A DNA stretch of 64,000 nt from Myxococcota bacterium (GCA_039028615.1 JBCCHT010000015.1:128001-192000), one strand, 5' to 3'; counted from the first letter of the stretch, positions 1-10,257 are shown. The notes: generated from the sequence alone by a model not told the origin. Numbers and translations: made by a program.

Positions 1-1
1 C

Positions 2-1888
2 GACGAGAGCTGCTTCGACGCCGAAGACACGCTCGCGGCCTGCCTCGTGGACGACGACCGGGTCACCCACGTCTACCTGGCCATCCAGAAGGACAAGAAG
101 GCCGCGTTCGGTACCGACCTCTACGTCGAGTTTCGTGGCCTGCTGGCCACGCTGTCGATGGACGAGATCAACGCGATCCGCAAGTCGTGCCCGCATGACG
201 ACCAGGACTCCTTGTTCGAGTGCCTGGTCGCCGACGAACTCGTGGATGAGATCATCGGCGAGTTCTCGGAATCGGCCGAGGAGGTCGTCACCGAGATCGA
301 GGGGGAGCTGAACGCCGCGGGCGCTCCGCTGTCCGCCGAACAAAAGGAGCACTACACCGAAGCATTCATCGACCTGTTCCTGACCTTTCCCGCCAAGGCG
401 CTCGACTCGTTGACGCAAGACTGCGAGTCGAAGAACCCCGCCCTGGAGACGATTCGTCAGGTCTCCGACATCGATGCGCTCCTCACCTGTCTCGACGAAG
501 GCTCCGACACGGATCCCGTGGCGAACCCCGCGTTCATCTCCAAGGAGCGCCTGCGGGCGTGGCTGGAGATTGCACGCCACAAGGTCAGCGGGGCGCTGCA
601 CGAGAAGGAGCGGGAGGCACAACGTCGTACCTCGGCGCTGATCGTGAAGATCCTGGCCGTGATCGCGGGTGTCGGTTTCTTCGTGGTGCTGTTGCTCCCG
701 CTGCGCAACCGCAAGAGCTACCCCGGGCCGGCCTCCGAGCTATGGAAGGCCAGCGCGATTGCGGCCGTAACCTTCGTGCTCACCATCGCGCTACTCGGCT
801 GCACGCTGCTGGTGATGCGCACCGTGCAGGGGAGGGTCGCGACCGAATCCACCAGTCCGAAGATGGTGATCGCCAACGGGGTGTTCGACGTGCTCGAGCG
901 CGATGAACACATCCAGCAGTTCAGCGACATGTCCAAGCAGCGGCTGGACTTCATCAAGACCCCGCTGCGGCACCTGGTCGAGCCCGATGCGACCGTGTCC
1001 GAGGAGGAGTCCGAGCGAGCTCTGGCGTTCTCCGCCTATCTGTCGGAGCACTGGGTCGACCAGCTGCAGCAGCCCGAGCTCAAGCCGCTCATCAAGAACG
1101 CCACGATGCTCAAGAAGCACGTCGAGTCGTTCAAGACGGTCTTCGAGCTGTATCGCAAGGTCGACTGGCTGATGGGCTACGTGCCCATCGTGATGTCGCT
1201 GCTGGCGGTGTTGCTGTACATGCTGCCGCTCAAGGACACGTTGATCACGATCGCGACCGCCCCGAGCCGGGCCGCGGAAGACCCGGGGAACACCGGGGTG
1301 TTCAGGCGGGCCATGGGCACGGTGGCCGCGGAGCTGAAGCTGCTGGTGCCCTTCCTCGGGGTGATGGTGGTCTTGCTCTTCGTCACCGGGATCTTCCTGT
1401 CGATCGCGGTCGAGCCGTTCATCGAGGTGCTGATGCGCTTCTCGTTGCTGACGGTGATGTACATCCTGATGACGGAGGCCTCGGCCTTCGTGCTCTACGC
1501 GACGCTGGGCGGGTCGATCCTGCTGCTGGTGGCGTGCGTGGCCATGTACATCGTCGCGATGACCTTCTTCTTGGGCACGGTCCGCAAGATCCTTCGGGCT
1601 CGGTTCCACTGGGGGCAACCGCTGAGCCGACACCGCTCGTTCGCCATCTACGGCAGCCTCGCCGCGTTCGTGGTGATGGTGTTCCCCGTGATCTATGCGC
1701 TGGTCGTGCAGTCGATGGCGGTCCGCGGCATGAGCGTGGAGCTGAGCAACGGCGGCGACATTGCGGCCAGCGACATGCTCATCGTGCCCTTCGGGGGGCT
1801 GATCTTGATGCTGCCCGTGCTGTGGCTGGCGCGGGGGTTCAAGGCGCTCGGGTACATCAAGAAGTACCCGGTCGTGAAGGACGAGTAG
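2..1888 (+). CDS. Multi-pass membrane protein with an acidic, Cys-containing N-terminal region (5' partial)
   Basis: Frame is open from base 2. About 8 hydrophobic segments in the C-terminal two-thirds; strong GC3 bias. Confidence 0.75.
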   Translation, partial: DESCFDAEDTLAACLVDDDRVTHVYLAIQKDKKAAFGTDLYVEFRGLLATLSMDEINAIRKSCPHDDQDSLFECLVADELVDEIIGEFSESAEEVVTEIEGELNAAGAPLSAEQKEHYTEAFIDLFLTFPAKALDSLTQDCESKNPALETIRQVSDIDALLTCLDEGSDTDPVANPAFISKERLRAWLEIARHKVSGALHEKEREAQRRTSALIVKILAVIAGVGFFVVLLLPLRNRKSYPGPASELWKASAIAAVTFVLTIALLGCTLLVMRTVQGRVATESTSPKMVIANGVFDVLERDEHIQQFSDMSKQRLDFIKTPLRHLVEPDATVSEEESERALAFSAYLSEHWVDQLQQPELKPLIKNATMLKKHVESFKTVFELYRKVDWLMGYVPIVMSLLAVLLYMLPLKDTLITIATAPSRAAEDPGNTGVFRRAMGTVAAELKLLVPFLGVMVVLLFVTGIFLSIAVEPFIEVLMRFSLLTVMYILMTEASAFVLYATLGGSILLLVACVAMYIVAMTFFLGTVRKILRARFHWGQPLSRHRSFAIYGSLAAFVVMVFPVIYALVVQSMAVRGMSVELSNGGDIAASDMLIVPFGGLILMLPVLWLARGFKALGYIKKYPVVKDE

Positions 1889-1918
1889 GGGCGACGCGCG
1901 GCGACCACGAACCCGGAC

Positions 1919-2830
1919 TCACGGACAGAACACCACGTCGTAGTCCGGGTTCTGGTCGCAGCTGAACGCGGTGCCATCTTCGGGATCGGTGATGGCATCG
2001 GGGCACAGGCTCTTCCACACCATCGTGTACTCGTTGGGCTCGCACTGCTGTCCCGTGCAACACAGGTCGGAGATCGGGGCGCAGGGATCGCAGACGGGGG
2101 TGCCCACGTCGCCGCAGCTCGTGCACCCGGGGCACTCGTCGCAGGCATCGCAGGGGCTCGCGCAGTAGGCGATGTCGCCGTCGGTGCCCGTTCGGACGAG
2201 GCCATCGGGGCACACCACGTTGAGGTCGGCGGCGCAGCTGGCGATGGGGCACTGGTCGGCGACGGGGGATTGATCGATGCCGACGGGGACGAGGGCCATG
2301 GGGACGTTGAACCCGCGCACCAGGCTGACGTCGTAGACGTCGTCCGCTTCGGGGCGCAGCGTCAGCTGGATGAGGCTGCCGCGCCCGTCGTTGCCGTTGC
2401 TGTCGCAGGCGTCTTCATCGCAGCCGCGGGCGGCGAAAGCCCGACCGGCAATGAGCTCGTTGATGGTGACGGCGACGCACTCGCCGGGGGCCAAGGGCAT
2501 GAACAGGTCGATGTCGGCTCCGTTGTCGGAACCGGTGAGGCCGGCGTCGAGGGGCTCGTCGCAGGCGTTGACGAGGCGAACGCAGCGTTGGCCCGCCTCG
2601 AGGCCCTCGCAGGTGCAGGACGACGGGGTGCCGGTCGAGTCGCTGGCGTCGGCGGTACCCGTGGACGAAACGACGCCCATGGAGGTGGAGTCGAGGCCGT
2701 CGTCGGTGGACGTGGAGGCCATGGAGGTGGAGCCGGTCGAGCCCGCGATCGGCGCTCCCACGAGGGGCTCGCCGTCGACGAAGCCGCAGCCGAGCGCCAT
2801 CGTGACCAACAGTGCGGCGGGTCTCACCAT
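1919..2830 (-). CDS. Thaumatin-like (PR-5) domain lipoprotein
   Basis: Lipobox-like ALGC and S/T linker, then LVNAC, GRAFAARGC, DVYDVSLVRGFNVPM, SCAADLNVVCP, CCTG, KSLCPDA and terminal YDVVFCP, which follow the thaumatin pattern. Confidence 0.85.
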   Translation of the reverse strand: MVRPAALLVTMALGCGFVDGEPLVGAPIAGSTGSTSMASTSTDDGLDSTSMGVVSSTGTADASDSTGTPSSCTCEGLEAGQRCVRLVNACDEPLDAGLTGSDNGADIDLFMPLAPGECVAVTINELIAGRAFAARGCDEDACDSNGNDGRGSLIQLTLRPEADDVYDVSLVRGFNVPMALVPVGIDQSPVADQCPIASCAADLNVVCPDGLVRTGTDGDIAYCASPCDACDECPGCTSCGDVGTPVCDPCAPISDLCCTGQQCEPNEYTMVWKSLCPDAITDPEDGTAFSCDQNPDYDVVFCP

Positions 2831-3846
2831 GCGATGACTCCGATCCCCGCCGACCCGAGCACATGAGGGCGACACCACTGGGCGACCGAGCGCCCGTCGA
2901 AGCGAACCCGGATGGTGCGGGCACAGGCCGCGGCCGCTGCATCGAGGCGAAGGCGAACCCGGGGGGACACCGCGAACTCGAGACCGAATGCCCCCTCGAA
3001 CACGGCATCGGCCACGCGAGTGGACACCGCCCGGAACCCCGGCTCGGGGATGCCCTGCATGTCGATGATGGCGACCCCGGCGGTGAGGGAGAGAGCGGGG
3101 ACGACGGTGGCGTCGGGTTTGCGAAGGGCGAGCCGAGGACCGATGCCCAGCCAACCCGCCCGGACACGCGCCTGGCCTTCGATCGCCTCCACGGTGGGAG
3201 CGTGGAGCGGCACGTTGCCGACGAGCACGACCCCGAGCAGGGGATGGGGGGTGGCCCTCACCTGCAGCCGAGCGTGGGTCGCCACAGGCACCCCGCCCGG
3301 CGCACCACCGACGGCGATGCCCGCTCCGAGGGCGATGCGAGGGTCGGGGCGACGAAGCGCGCGGCGAGCCGGGGCGCTGACCTCGACCTCGGCCTCGGGC
3401 GGCGGAGGGGCTCGTTCGACCTCGAGCAGGCTGGCGCGCAGCAACTCGACCGCCCGCACCGCGACCTCCCGAGGATCGACATCGTCGGGGTCATCGAGGG
3501 CCAGGGTTCGCGAGACCGTCTTCCCCGTGACGCGATCGATGATCGTGATCTCGACCTGACCGCCCGCATTGTCGACGGCGATGACGGCCGCGACCGCATC
3601 GGTCGAGGTGGGCTCGCCGTTGGGATCCGAGACCTCCGGGGCAAAGCCGAGAAAGCGGAGCTCCGCGACGATGCGCGCGGTGATCTCGGACTCACTCGGC
3701 GCCTGGATCGCGATGCGTTCACCCGTCGGTCGCTGCGCATTTGGGGGGGCCGACGATGCCTCGCCCGGCACGAGCGCAGCGGTGACCAACGCCCCGGCCA
3801 CGAGCCAGGGACGGGCTACAGAGCCCTTCGCAACCGCGGGCCTCAC
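2824..3846 (-). CDS. Secreted hypothetical protein, probably with a C-terminal outer-membrane beta-barrel
   Basis: GTG start overlaps the upstream stop (GTGA). Signal peptide, alternating beta-strand pattern, C-terminal Trp. Confidence 0.6.
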   Translation of the reverse strand: MRPAVAKGSVARPWLVAGALVTAALVPGEASSAPPNAQRPTGERIAIQAPSESEITARIVAELRFLGFAPEVSDPNGEPTSTDAVAAVIAVDNAGGQVEITIIDRVTGKTVSRTLALDDPDDVDPREVAVRAVELLRASLLEVERAPPPPEAEVEVSAPARRALRRPDPRIALGAGIAVGGAPGGVPVATHARLQVRATPHPLLGVVLVGNVPLHAPTVEAIEGQARVRAGWLGIGPRLALRKPDATVVPALSLTAGVAIIDMQGIPEPGFRAVSTRVADAVFEGAFGLEFAVSPRVRLRLDAAAAACARTIRVRFDGRSVAQWCRPHVLGSAGIGVIAW

Positions 3847-5018
3847 GGACTCGAGCCGGGCTCCTCGTTCGGCTCGGTCGTGCACTCCCGCAGTCGTTGC
3901 CGGGCCGCCTTGGCCATCGAGCCGTGGGGGCGCTCTTGCAGGTAGGTCTGAAACCACCGCGAGGTGCCGGTACATCCGGCGCCCAGACGCCCGAGATCGA
4001 ACGCGGCCGTGGCCGCGGCATTCGTGCCGGGGAAGCGCCGTCGTAGGCTCTGGAGGGCCTCCCGTGCTCGGCTCTTGCGTCCGGCGTAGCGGGCGACGTC
4101 GGCCAGCTCGAGCAGGGCCGATGCGCTCAGACCGTTGCACAGCTTCGAGAAACCACTCGCTTCTGCTGCTTCGAGCGCGGCGGCGTGGTTGCCGTCGCGC
4201 GCGAGTGCACGCCAGTCGACCGCGGCCTTCCCGGGGCTGCGAGAGGCGCCCTTCGCTCGGCCCGAGCGGCGTGGACGAGAGGGCTCGGCAAGCTCCGGTT
4301 GCGCCGCAGAGGCCACGGGCTCCGCCTTCGCGGGTGCAGGACCTTCCGATTCGGGGGCCGTGGCCGGGACCACGGCGCGCGGCGACTCACTGGCGCCGAG
4401 CACCATCGCCTCGCCCGCCGTCGCCTCGCGAACCCCCTCGAGCCCCGGGCCCTCGACCATCGCGCGGCCCTCGCGAACGTCCAGCGTGAAGGTCTGCGCA
4501 TCGGGGTCCCAGCGCAGCACCAAGTCGGCCCCTTCGGCGCGCACCCGGAACGGCCCCGCCTCGATCGACCACGTGGAGGCAGAGGGGCGAAGCTTCAGGT
4601 CGAGCGCACCCGACTCGAGCACCAGCCCGGCCGCGTCGCTGCCCAAGACCGCCACTCGCATGCGCGCCCGCGGCCGCAGCTTCACCACGCTGCCATCGGA
4701 GAACGACAACGCGAGCGGTTCGTCGTCGGTGGCGCTGAAGAACGCAGCGGCGGTCTCCGCCCGTGCCGTAGGCCCGACCTCGAAGGTCAGCGGCTGCGGA
4801 CGCAGGGCCCACAGCACCACGAGGACGAGCGCGACCATGGCCACTGCACCCGTGACCGGCCAGACCGCAGCTCGCCACCGCGGCGGCGAGTCGGTCCCGT
4901 CGTCCGTGGCCAGCAGCTGCTCGCGCATTCGCTGATGCCGTTGCTCCCGGCCTCGTGCTCGCGTCTGCTCCTGCAGCGTCGCCATGTGGTCGGCGAGGGT
5001 GTCGACCAGTTCACTCAT
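3843..5018 (-). CDS. FecR-like anti-sigma factor with C-terminal TPR-like region
   Basis: Single TM helix, FecR-like segment (LSFSDGSVVKLRP...LVLESG...IEAGPFRV...LDVREGR). ATGA overlap with the ECF sigma gene. Confidence 0.8.
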   Translation of the reverse strand: MSELVDTLADHMATLQEQTRARGREQRHQRMREQLLATDDGTDSPPRWRAAVWPVTGAVAMVALVLVVLWALRPQPLTFEVGPTARAETAAAFFSATDDEPLALSFSDGSVVKLRPRARMRVAVLGSDAAGLVLESGALDLKLRPSASTWSIEAGPFRVRAEGADLVLRWDPDAQTFTLDVREGRAMVEGPGLEGVREATAGEAMVLGASESPRAVVPATAPESEGPAPAKAEPVASAAQPELAEPSRPRRSGRAKGASRSPGKAAVDWRALARDGNHAAALEAAEASGFSKLCNGLSASALLELADVARYAGRKSRAREALQSLRRRFPGTNAAATAAFDLGRLGAGCTGTSRWFQTYLQERPHGSMAKAARQRLRECTTEPNEEPGSSP

Positions 5019-5629
5019 CGGCGGTCCTCCGTTTCGAATCGGTCTCGCAGAAGAGCATCACCCGCGGCGAGTCGGCTGAATCGCTCGCGGGCGCTTCGGA
5101 TCCTTCGTTTGGCGGTGGCCAGCGACACGCCGAGGTCGTGCGCCACTTCTTCGAGCTGCATGCCCTCGATGAAGCGCAGACCAAAGGCGGCGCGCTCGAC
5201 CGCGGGCAGGCGGTCGAGCAGGGCGTAGGCCCGGCGCAGCGCCGCTTGGGTGTCGGTCTCCGTGACCGCGTGCAGGGTGTCCATGGCGTCGGTGCCCTGG
5301 CGGCCGAGCCAACGTCGAGTCCGACGCCACCGGATCTTCTTGAGGGCCAGGCGCACCGCGATCCCGCGGACCCATGCCCCCAGCGTGGCGTCGTTGCCTC
5401 GGAAGCCGTCGAGGCCCCGCAGCGCAGCGACGAACGCGTCCTGGACGACGTCTTCGGCTTCGGAGTCCGGGCCGAGCACGCCCGCCACGGCGCGCTCGAC
5501 GGCCGACACGTTGCGGTCGAACAAGCGCCCCTTGGCCGCCGGGTCTCCGGCACGCAAGCCCTCGAGCAGCGAGCCCTCCGGGCGGAGGGGCACCACACGG
5601 GCCACGGGAGACGAGGAGCGACGAGCCAT
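5015..5629 (-). CDS. ECF-family RNA polymerase sigma factor
   Basis: Region 2 EAEDVVQDAFV...WVRGIA; region 4 LDRLPAVERAAFGLRFIEGMQLEEVAHDLGVSLATAKRR. Confidence 0.92.
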   Translation of the reverse strand: MARRSSSPVARVVPLRPEGSLLEGLRAGDPAAKGRLFDRNVSAVERAVAGVLGPDSEAEDVVQDAFVAALRGLDGFRGNDATLGAWVRGIAVRLALKKIRWRRTRRWLGRQGTDAMDTLHAVTETDTQAALRRAYALLDRLPAVERAAFGLRFIEGMQLEEVAHDLGVSLATAKRRIRSARERFSRLAAGDALLRDRFETEDRR

Positions 5630-5651
5630 CGACGAACAAATGGGTGAAGGG

Positions 5652-6857
5652 TCAGCCCGGCGGCGGGTGACCCGGGACGACTTCGAAATCGTCTCCGATG
5701 GTATCGCACCCATCACCGGTTTTGGGGTCGACGCTACAGCTGTAGACGCGCACGTAGTCGACGGTCAGCTCTTGGGGGAACACCGACGCATCGATGCCCC
5801 CCGCGTTGACGTTGGCCGCCCACGCACCACCGACCGCGAGGTTGAGGATGAGATGGAAGCTCTCGTCGAAGGGGGCCGCCCCTTCACCGATGACCAGCTC
5901 ACCGCCGTCGTTGGTGTACTGCGTGTACCAACCGTCTTGTCGCTGTGTGGCGAAGTGGTGGTCGTCGAGATACCAGCGAATCTCGCCTTGCTCCCACTCG
6001 ACCGCGTAGTCGTGGAAGTCGTCGGCCGGGTTGGCACCGTCGGGGAGCGTGGTCTCGATGCCGCTGTGTACGTTGTTCGGCCAGTACGACCCGTAGTGCA
6101 GCGTGCCGTGGACACGGTTCTCACCGTCGACGCCCAGGTTGACCGCCTCCATGATGTCGATTTCTCCCGAGGCCGCCCAACCACCGTAGACCCGCGCGGT
6201 GGGGAGCATCCAGATCGCGGGCCAGGTGCCCTGACCGAAGGGCAGGCGTGCGCGCACCTCGATGCGACCGAAACGCCAGTCGCCCATGTCGCGGGTGCGC
6301 AGGCGGGCCGACGCGTAGGGCAGGGTCACGGAGGTATCGCTGGGATCGTACGCCGGGTCGTCGTCGTTGACCGCGGGCCCGCTCGTGCTCTCGTTGCGAG
6401 CGACGATATGCAGCATGCCGTCCGCCACGAACGAGCCGGCCGGGTCGTCGTTGTAGCACTGCTGCTCTCCGTTGCCGCCGCCCCAGCAGTTGCTCTCGTG
6501 GGCCCAGCGGGTCGGGTCGATCGCATCGCCGTCGAACTCGTCCGACCACACCAGCACCCAGCCTTCTTCCGTACCGCCCGCGGTGGTTTCGTCGCTGGAG
6601 CTGCCGTCGTCGGGATCGACCGGCCCGTCGGTGGTGCTGCCCGAGGTGTCTTCGCCCGGCGGATCGTCGGTGGTCGCGGCGCCGCTGGTCGTGGCCTCGG
6701 GCTCGGTCGGCACCGCGCCGACGTCCTCGGTCGCCTGGGGCGTGCTGGTTTGTTCGGTGGGGTCGTCGTCGGTGCCCGTGCACGCGACCGCGAGGGCGAG
6801 CCCCATGCACGTCGTCAGTCGCGTGGCTCCTGCCGTTCGCTGGTGCGTCCGCTTCAT
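5652..6857 (-). CDS. GH16 beta-1,3-glucanase (laminarinase-like) lipoprotein
   Basis: Lipobox AVAC; WSDEFDG, WPAIWML, intact catalytic EIDIME, VDYVRVY. Confidence 0.92.
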   Translation of the reverse strand: MKRTHQRTAGATRLTTCMGLALAVACTGTDDDPTEQTSTPQATEDVGAVPTEPEATTSGAATTDDPPGEDTSGSTTDGPVDPDDGSSSDETTAGGTEEGWVLVWSDEFDGDAIDPTRWAHESNCWGGGNGEQQCYNDDPAGSFVADGMLHIVARNESTSGPAVNDDDPAYDPSDTSVTLPYASARLRTRDMGDWRFGRIEVRARLPFGQGTWPAIWMLPTARVYGGWAASGEIDIMEAVNLGVDGENRVHGTLHYGSYWPNNVHSGIETTLPDGANPADDFHDYAVEWEQGEIRWYLDDHHFATQRQDGWYTQYTNDGGELVIGEGAAPFDESFHLILNLAVGGAWAANVNAGGIDASVFPQELTVDYVRVYSCSVDPKTGDGCDTIGDDFEVVPGHPPPG

Positions 6858-7076
6858 CGGTCCAATGTTCCGCACGCCTCCAAAAACGGCTCAACAAAAT
6901 CGCCCTGGGCCGAAAATAGCCGATAGAGGCCTCTACGAGCCTGTTCTTCGCCGGGCAGGGCGCGAACGTGCGCGCGCGTCGACGCCGCGAGCTTCGGCGT
7001 GCGACCGCGAAAATTGCCTGAGCCGTTGGCGGTGGCTGGGGGAACGGGACACGGCATGACGGCGCACGACGGTTGG

Positions 7077-9263
7077 ATGAAGGCGATGCGATGGCCCGGG
7101 CACTGGGCGTGCCTGTTGTTGGCCGGGGTGGGCTGTACGGGCGGCGACGTCGAACGCCCCGCGGGCATGGGGGAGGGCACTTCGGGCGGAGGAGCCTCGT
7201 TCGGCTCGTCGGGCGCGAGCCTCGACGAGGGCAGCGACGACGAGACCGGGGGCGGGGAGACGGGGGACGCGGGTAGCGACGGCAACGAAACCGGATCGGA
7301 CACGGGCGACGACGACACCGAGGTCGTCCCGCTCTTCGACGAGACCACGGTGCTCGAGCCCGAGGTCCACTTCGATCGAGGCGATGCCATCGTGACCCGC
7401 TTGTCCGACCGAGGCCGAGACCGCCACGCCCGCGAGGACCAGTTCCAGAGCTACGACCACTACCTGCCGCTGTATTGGGAGCACCGCACGGCGCGAATGC
7501 AACTCGTGGACACGGTCGCGAAGGGCGGTACCACCATCGACGTTTCGTTCGTGACCGAGTGGCCGCTGGGTCCCATCGAGTTTCGGGCCTGGTACAGCGG
7601 CCTGCATACGGTGGCTCAATACGGGGGCAACTATGGCTTCTTGTTCACGGAAGAAGGCCCCGGCACCTTCGACAACGAGCACCAACCGGTGAGCGACGAG
7701 GGCACCCAGTACAAGTACACGTACACCATCGATTCCGCGATCACGCTCGATGGACAGGTCGTGCCCCTGGCCGAGGGGCAGTTCATGGAGTTCGAGAACA
7801 GCATGTTTCTCGATGCACCGCCGCAGGGGCGCGCGAACTACTACGGCACGACGTTCTTGTACGAGGTCGGCCGAGGCGGGATGGTGCCCTGGTACACGGT
7901 GGGCGAGTTCGAGGATCCAGGCTCCGAACGGGAGAACTCGCATCCGCTCGACGAGGCGGCGTGGCTCGGGGGGCGCACGACGTTGCCCCATATGTACTCC
8001 GAAGAGCCGGACAACCACTTCATGCAGATGGCCACCAACCTGTCGAGCGTCAACGGCCAGGCGTTCATGCGGGGGCGTCGAGTCCATCACACGGACATGG
8101 TGACCGGGGCGCACGACGAGAGCCCGGACAACGGCACCTTCGACGAGCTGGCCGGGCTCGCCGGGCCGAACTACGTCAATGCCTCGTGCGACGGCTGTCA
8201 TCACCGCAATGGTCGAGCGCCCGTGGCTGCGCCGGGTGAGCCGCTCGATCGATGGGTGTTCAAGGTCGCGGCCGAGGACGGGAGCCCCGATCCGGCAGTG
8301 GGGGCCGTGCTGCAGCCTCACGCGACGGACGGGGGCCCGGGCGAGGGTGACGTTACCCTCGCGGAGTGGGTCGAAGACGGTGAGGGCCTGCGATCTCCGG
8401 TCTACGCGTTCTCCCAGGATCGACCGGCGCGGTTCTCCGCTCGGCTCGCCCCGCCGCTGGTCGGCATGGGGCTCATCGAAGCGATCGCCGAGTCCACCGT
8501 GCTCGCGTGGGCCGACCCCGACGATGCGGATGGCGACGGGATTTCGGGGCGGGTGCAGGTCGTGCCGGATCCGGTCACCGCCGAGCCGCGAATGGGGCGC
8601 TTCGGCTGGAAGGCGGGCGCCGGCAGCTTGCCGCATCAGGTCGCCGCCGCGCTGAATACCGACATGGGCGTGATGACGTCGATCTTCGATACGCCCGACT
8701 GTGGCGCGGCGCAGACGGGCTGCGGCAACGCCCAAGGGCCCGAGCTCGCCGACGAGCACCTCGACGAGCTGGTCAAGTACGTGGCGTTGCTCGGCGTGCG
8801 GGCGCGTCGTTCGATCGATGACCCCCAAGCGCTCGCGGGCGAGCAGCTGTTCTCCGAGCTCGGCTGCGGCGACTGTCATCGCGCCGACATCATCACCAGC
8901 CCGTATCATCCCTTCGCCGAGCTTCGCAGCCAGGTGATCCACCCCTACACCGATCTGTTGCTGCACGACATGGGAGAGGGGCTGGCCGACGACCTCTGGG
9001 AAGGGCTCGCGTCGGGAGCCGAGTGGCGGACCACGCCGCTATGGGGGCTGGGCCTCGGTGCCTGCGTCACGGGCGGAGTGGAGGGTCCGTTCCAGGATCA
9101 GGTCTGCACGCCTCACGAGAGCTACCTGCACGACGGCCGCGCCCGAACCATCGACGAGGCCATCCGATGGCACGGCGGCGAAGCTGAGGCGGCCGCACAA
9201 GGGTACGAGGCGCTGCCCGAGGACCAACGCCAGGCCCTGCTGCGGTTCCTCGAGTCCCTGTAG
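7077..9263 (+). CDS. Di-haem oxidoreductase (DHOR-family) lipoprotein
   Basis: Two CxxCH motifs (CDGCH, CGDCH); GRFGWKA, PYTDLLLHDMG, EWRTTPLWGLG, YLHDGRART; lipobox GVGC. Start is approximate. Confidence 0.88.
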   Translation: MKAMRWPGHWACLLLAGVGCTGGDVERPAGMGEGTSGGGASFGSSGASLDEGSDDETGGGETGDAGSDGNETGSDTGDDDTEVVPLFDETTVLEPEVHFDRGDAIVTRLSDRGRDRHAREDQFQSYDHYLPLYWEHRTARMQLVDTVAKGGTTIDVSFVTEWPLGPIEFRAWYSGLHTVAQYGGNYGFLFTEEGPGTFDNEHQPVSDEGTQYKYTYTIDSAITLDGQVVPLAEGQFMEFENSMFLDAPPQGRANYYGTTFLYEVGRGGMVPWYTVGEFEDPGSERENSHPLDEAAWLGGRTTLPHMYSEEPDNHFMQMATNLSSVNGQAFMRGRRVHHTDMVTGAHDESPDNGTFDELAGLAGPNYVNASCDGCHHRNGRAPVAAPGEPLDRWVFKVAAEDGSPDPAVGAVLQPHATDGGPGEGDVTLAEWVEDGEGLRSPVYAFSQDRPARFSARLAPPLVGMGLIEAIAESTVLAWADPDDADGDGISGRVQVVPDPVTAEPRMGRFGWKAGAGSLPHQVAAALNTDMGVMTSIFDTPDCGAAQTGCGNAQGPELADEHLDELVKYVALLGVRARRSIDDPQALAGEQLFSELGCGDCHRADIITSPYHPFAELRSQVIHPYTDLLLHDMGEGLADDLWEGLASGAEWRTTPLWGLGLGACVTGGVEGPFQDQVCTPHESYLHDGRARTIDEAIRWHGGEAEAAAQGYEALPEDQRQALLRFLESL

Positions 9264-9270
9264 CCGAAGC

Positions 9271-10257
9271 TCAGGTGGGTGGCCACATGCAGATGGGCCA
9301 CCCATTGTTGGTCATGTAGCACTCCATCGACTCGGGGCAGGGCGGATCCCCGTCGCCGCAGGGCACGTGGCACTCGTTGCCGACCGGAGGGTGCATGACG
9401 CCCTGGCAGGTCAGGCCCACGTCGGGTCCGGGGATGTCGTCGGAGCAGTCGCTGGAACCTCCGCTGCAGCTGCCCACGCACATGTTGTAGCCGTTTTCGA
9501 TGATGCACTGCGACCCCGGCTCGCACGGGGCGTCCACGTGCACGCAGTCTCCGTACATCGGCACGGGGCTGGTCACGGCAGTCATGCACACGGTGCCGTC
9601 GAGGCAGGCCATGCCATCGGGGCAGACTTCGCCGTCGTCGCACGCCAGGATGCAGTCACCGCCGCCGTCACCGTCGATGTCTTGGCAGCGGGGCTTGGCC
9701 GTCCCCGTGATCTCGGGAAACGGGCAGTCGCAGACGTCCGTGCACTGCCGGGCGCAGGCTCCCGCCTGCAGCGGGTCGCCGAGCGTGAGACAGCCGTGGT
9801 CGGGTCCGCAGATGTTCTCCGTATCGAAACCGCCGTGGTCGCTGATGCAGCGCTCGTAGGTGCCGTCTTCCCACGTGCCGGGCTGGCAGATGTACACGCA
9901 CACGCCGTCTTCGCAGGTACGGAAGTTGGGGCAATCGTCGTTCCCGAGGCAACGAGGCGGTGGGCCTTCATCGGTCGAGCTTGATCCTGAGCCTGAACCG
10001 GAGTCGGACGTCGCGGTCGAGCTGCCGGACGTGGACGTGGTGGTGCTGGAGCCGCTGGAGCTCATCGCGTGGGTGGTCGTGGAGTCGAGACCGGTCGTCG
10101 TAGAGTCGGCGACGACGGTGGGCGTGGCGGTGGAGTCCCCCGTCGATGCCTCGGTGCCTTCGGGAGACGCGGTCGTTCGCCCGGAGCACGCCGCGAGGCA
10201 CAGCAAAAGCCACCACCCGAACCCCGTGAGCTTCGCCCGCGGATCGCGGCGGACCAT
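9271..10257 (-). CDS. Cys-rich lipoprotein with S/T linker
   Basis: Lipobox LAAC, long S/T/G linker, densely Cys-patterned C-terminus. Confidence 0.75.
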   Translation of the reverse strand: MVRRDPRAKLTGFGWWLLLCLAACSGRTTASPEGTEASTGDSTATPTVVADSTTTGLDSTTTHAMSSSGSSTTTSTSGSSTATSDSGSGSGSSSTDEGPPPRCLGNDDCPNFRTCEDGVCVYICQPGTWEDGTYERCISDHGGFDTENICGPDHGCLTLGDPLQAGACARQCTDVCDCPFPEITGTAKPRCQDIDGDGGGDCILACDDGEVCPDGMACLDGTVCMTAVTSPVPMYGDCVHVDAPCEPGSQCIIENGYNMCVGSCSGGSSDCSDDIPGPDVGLTCQGVMHPPVGNECHVPCGDGDPPCPESMECYMTNNGWPICMWPPT

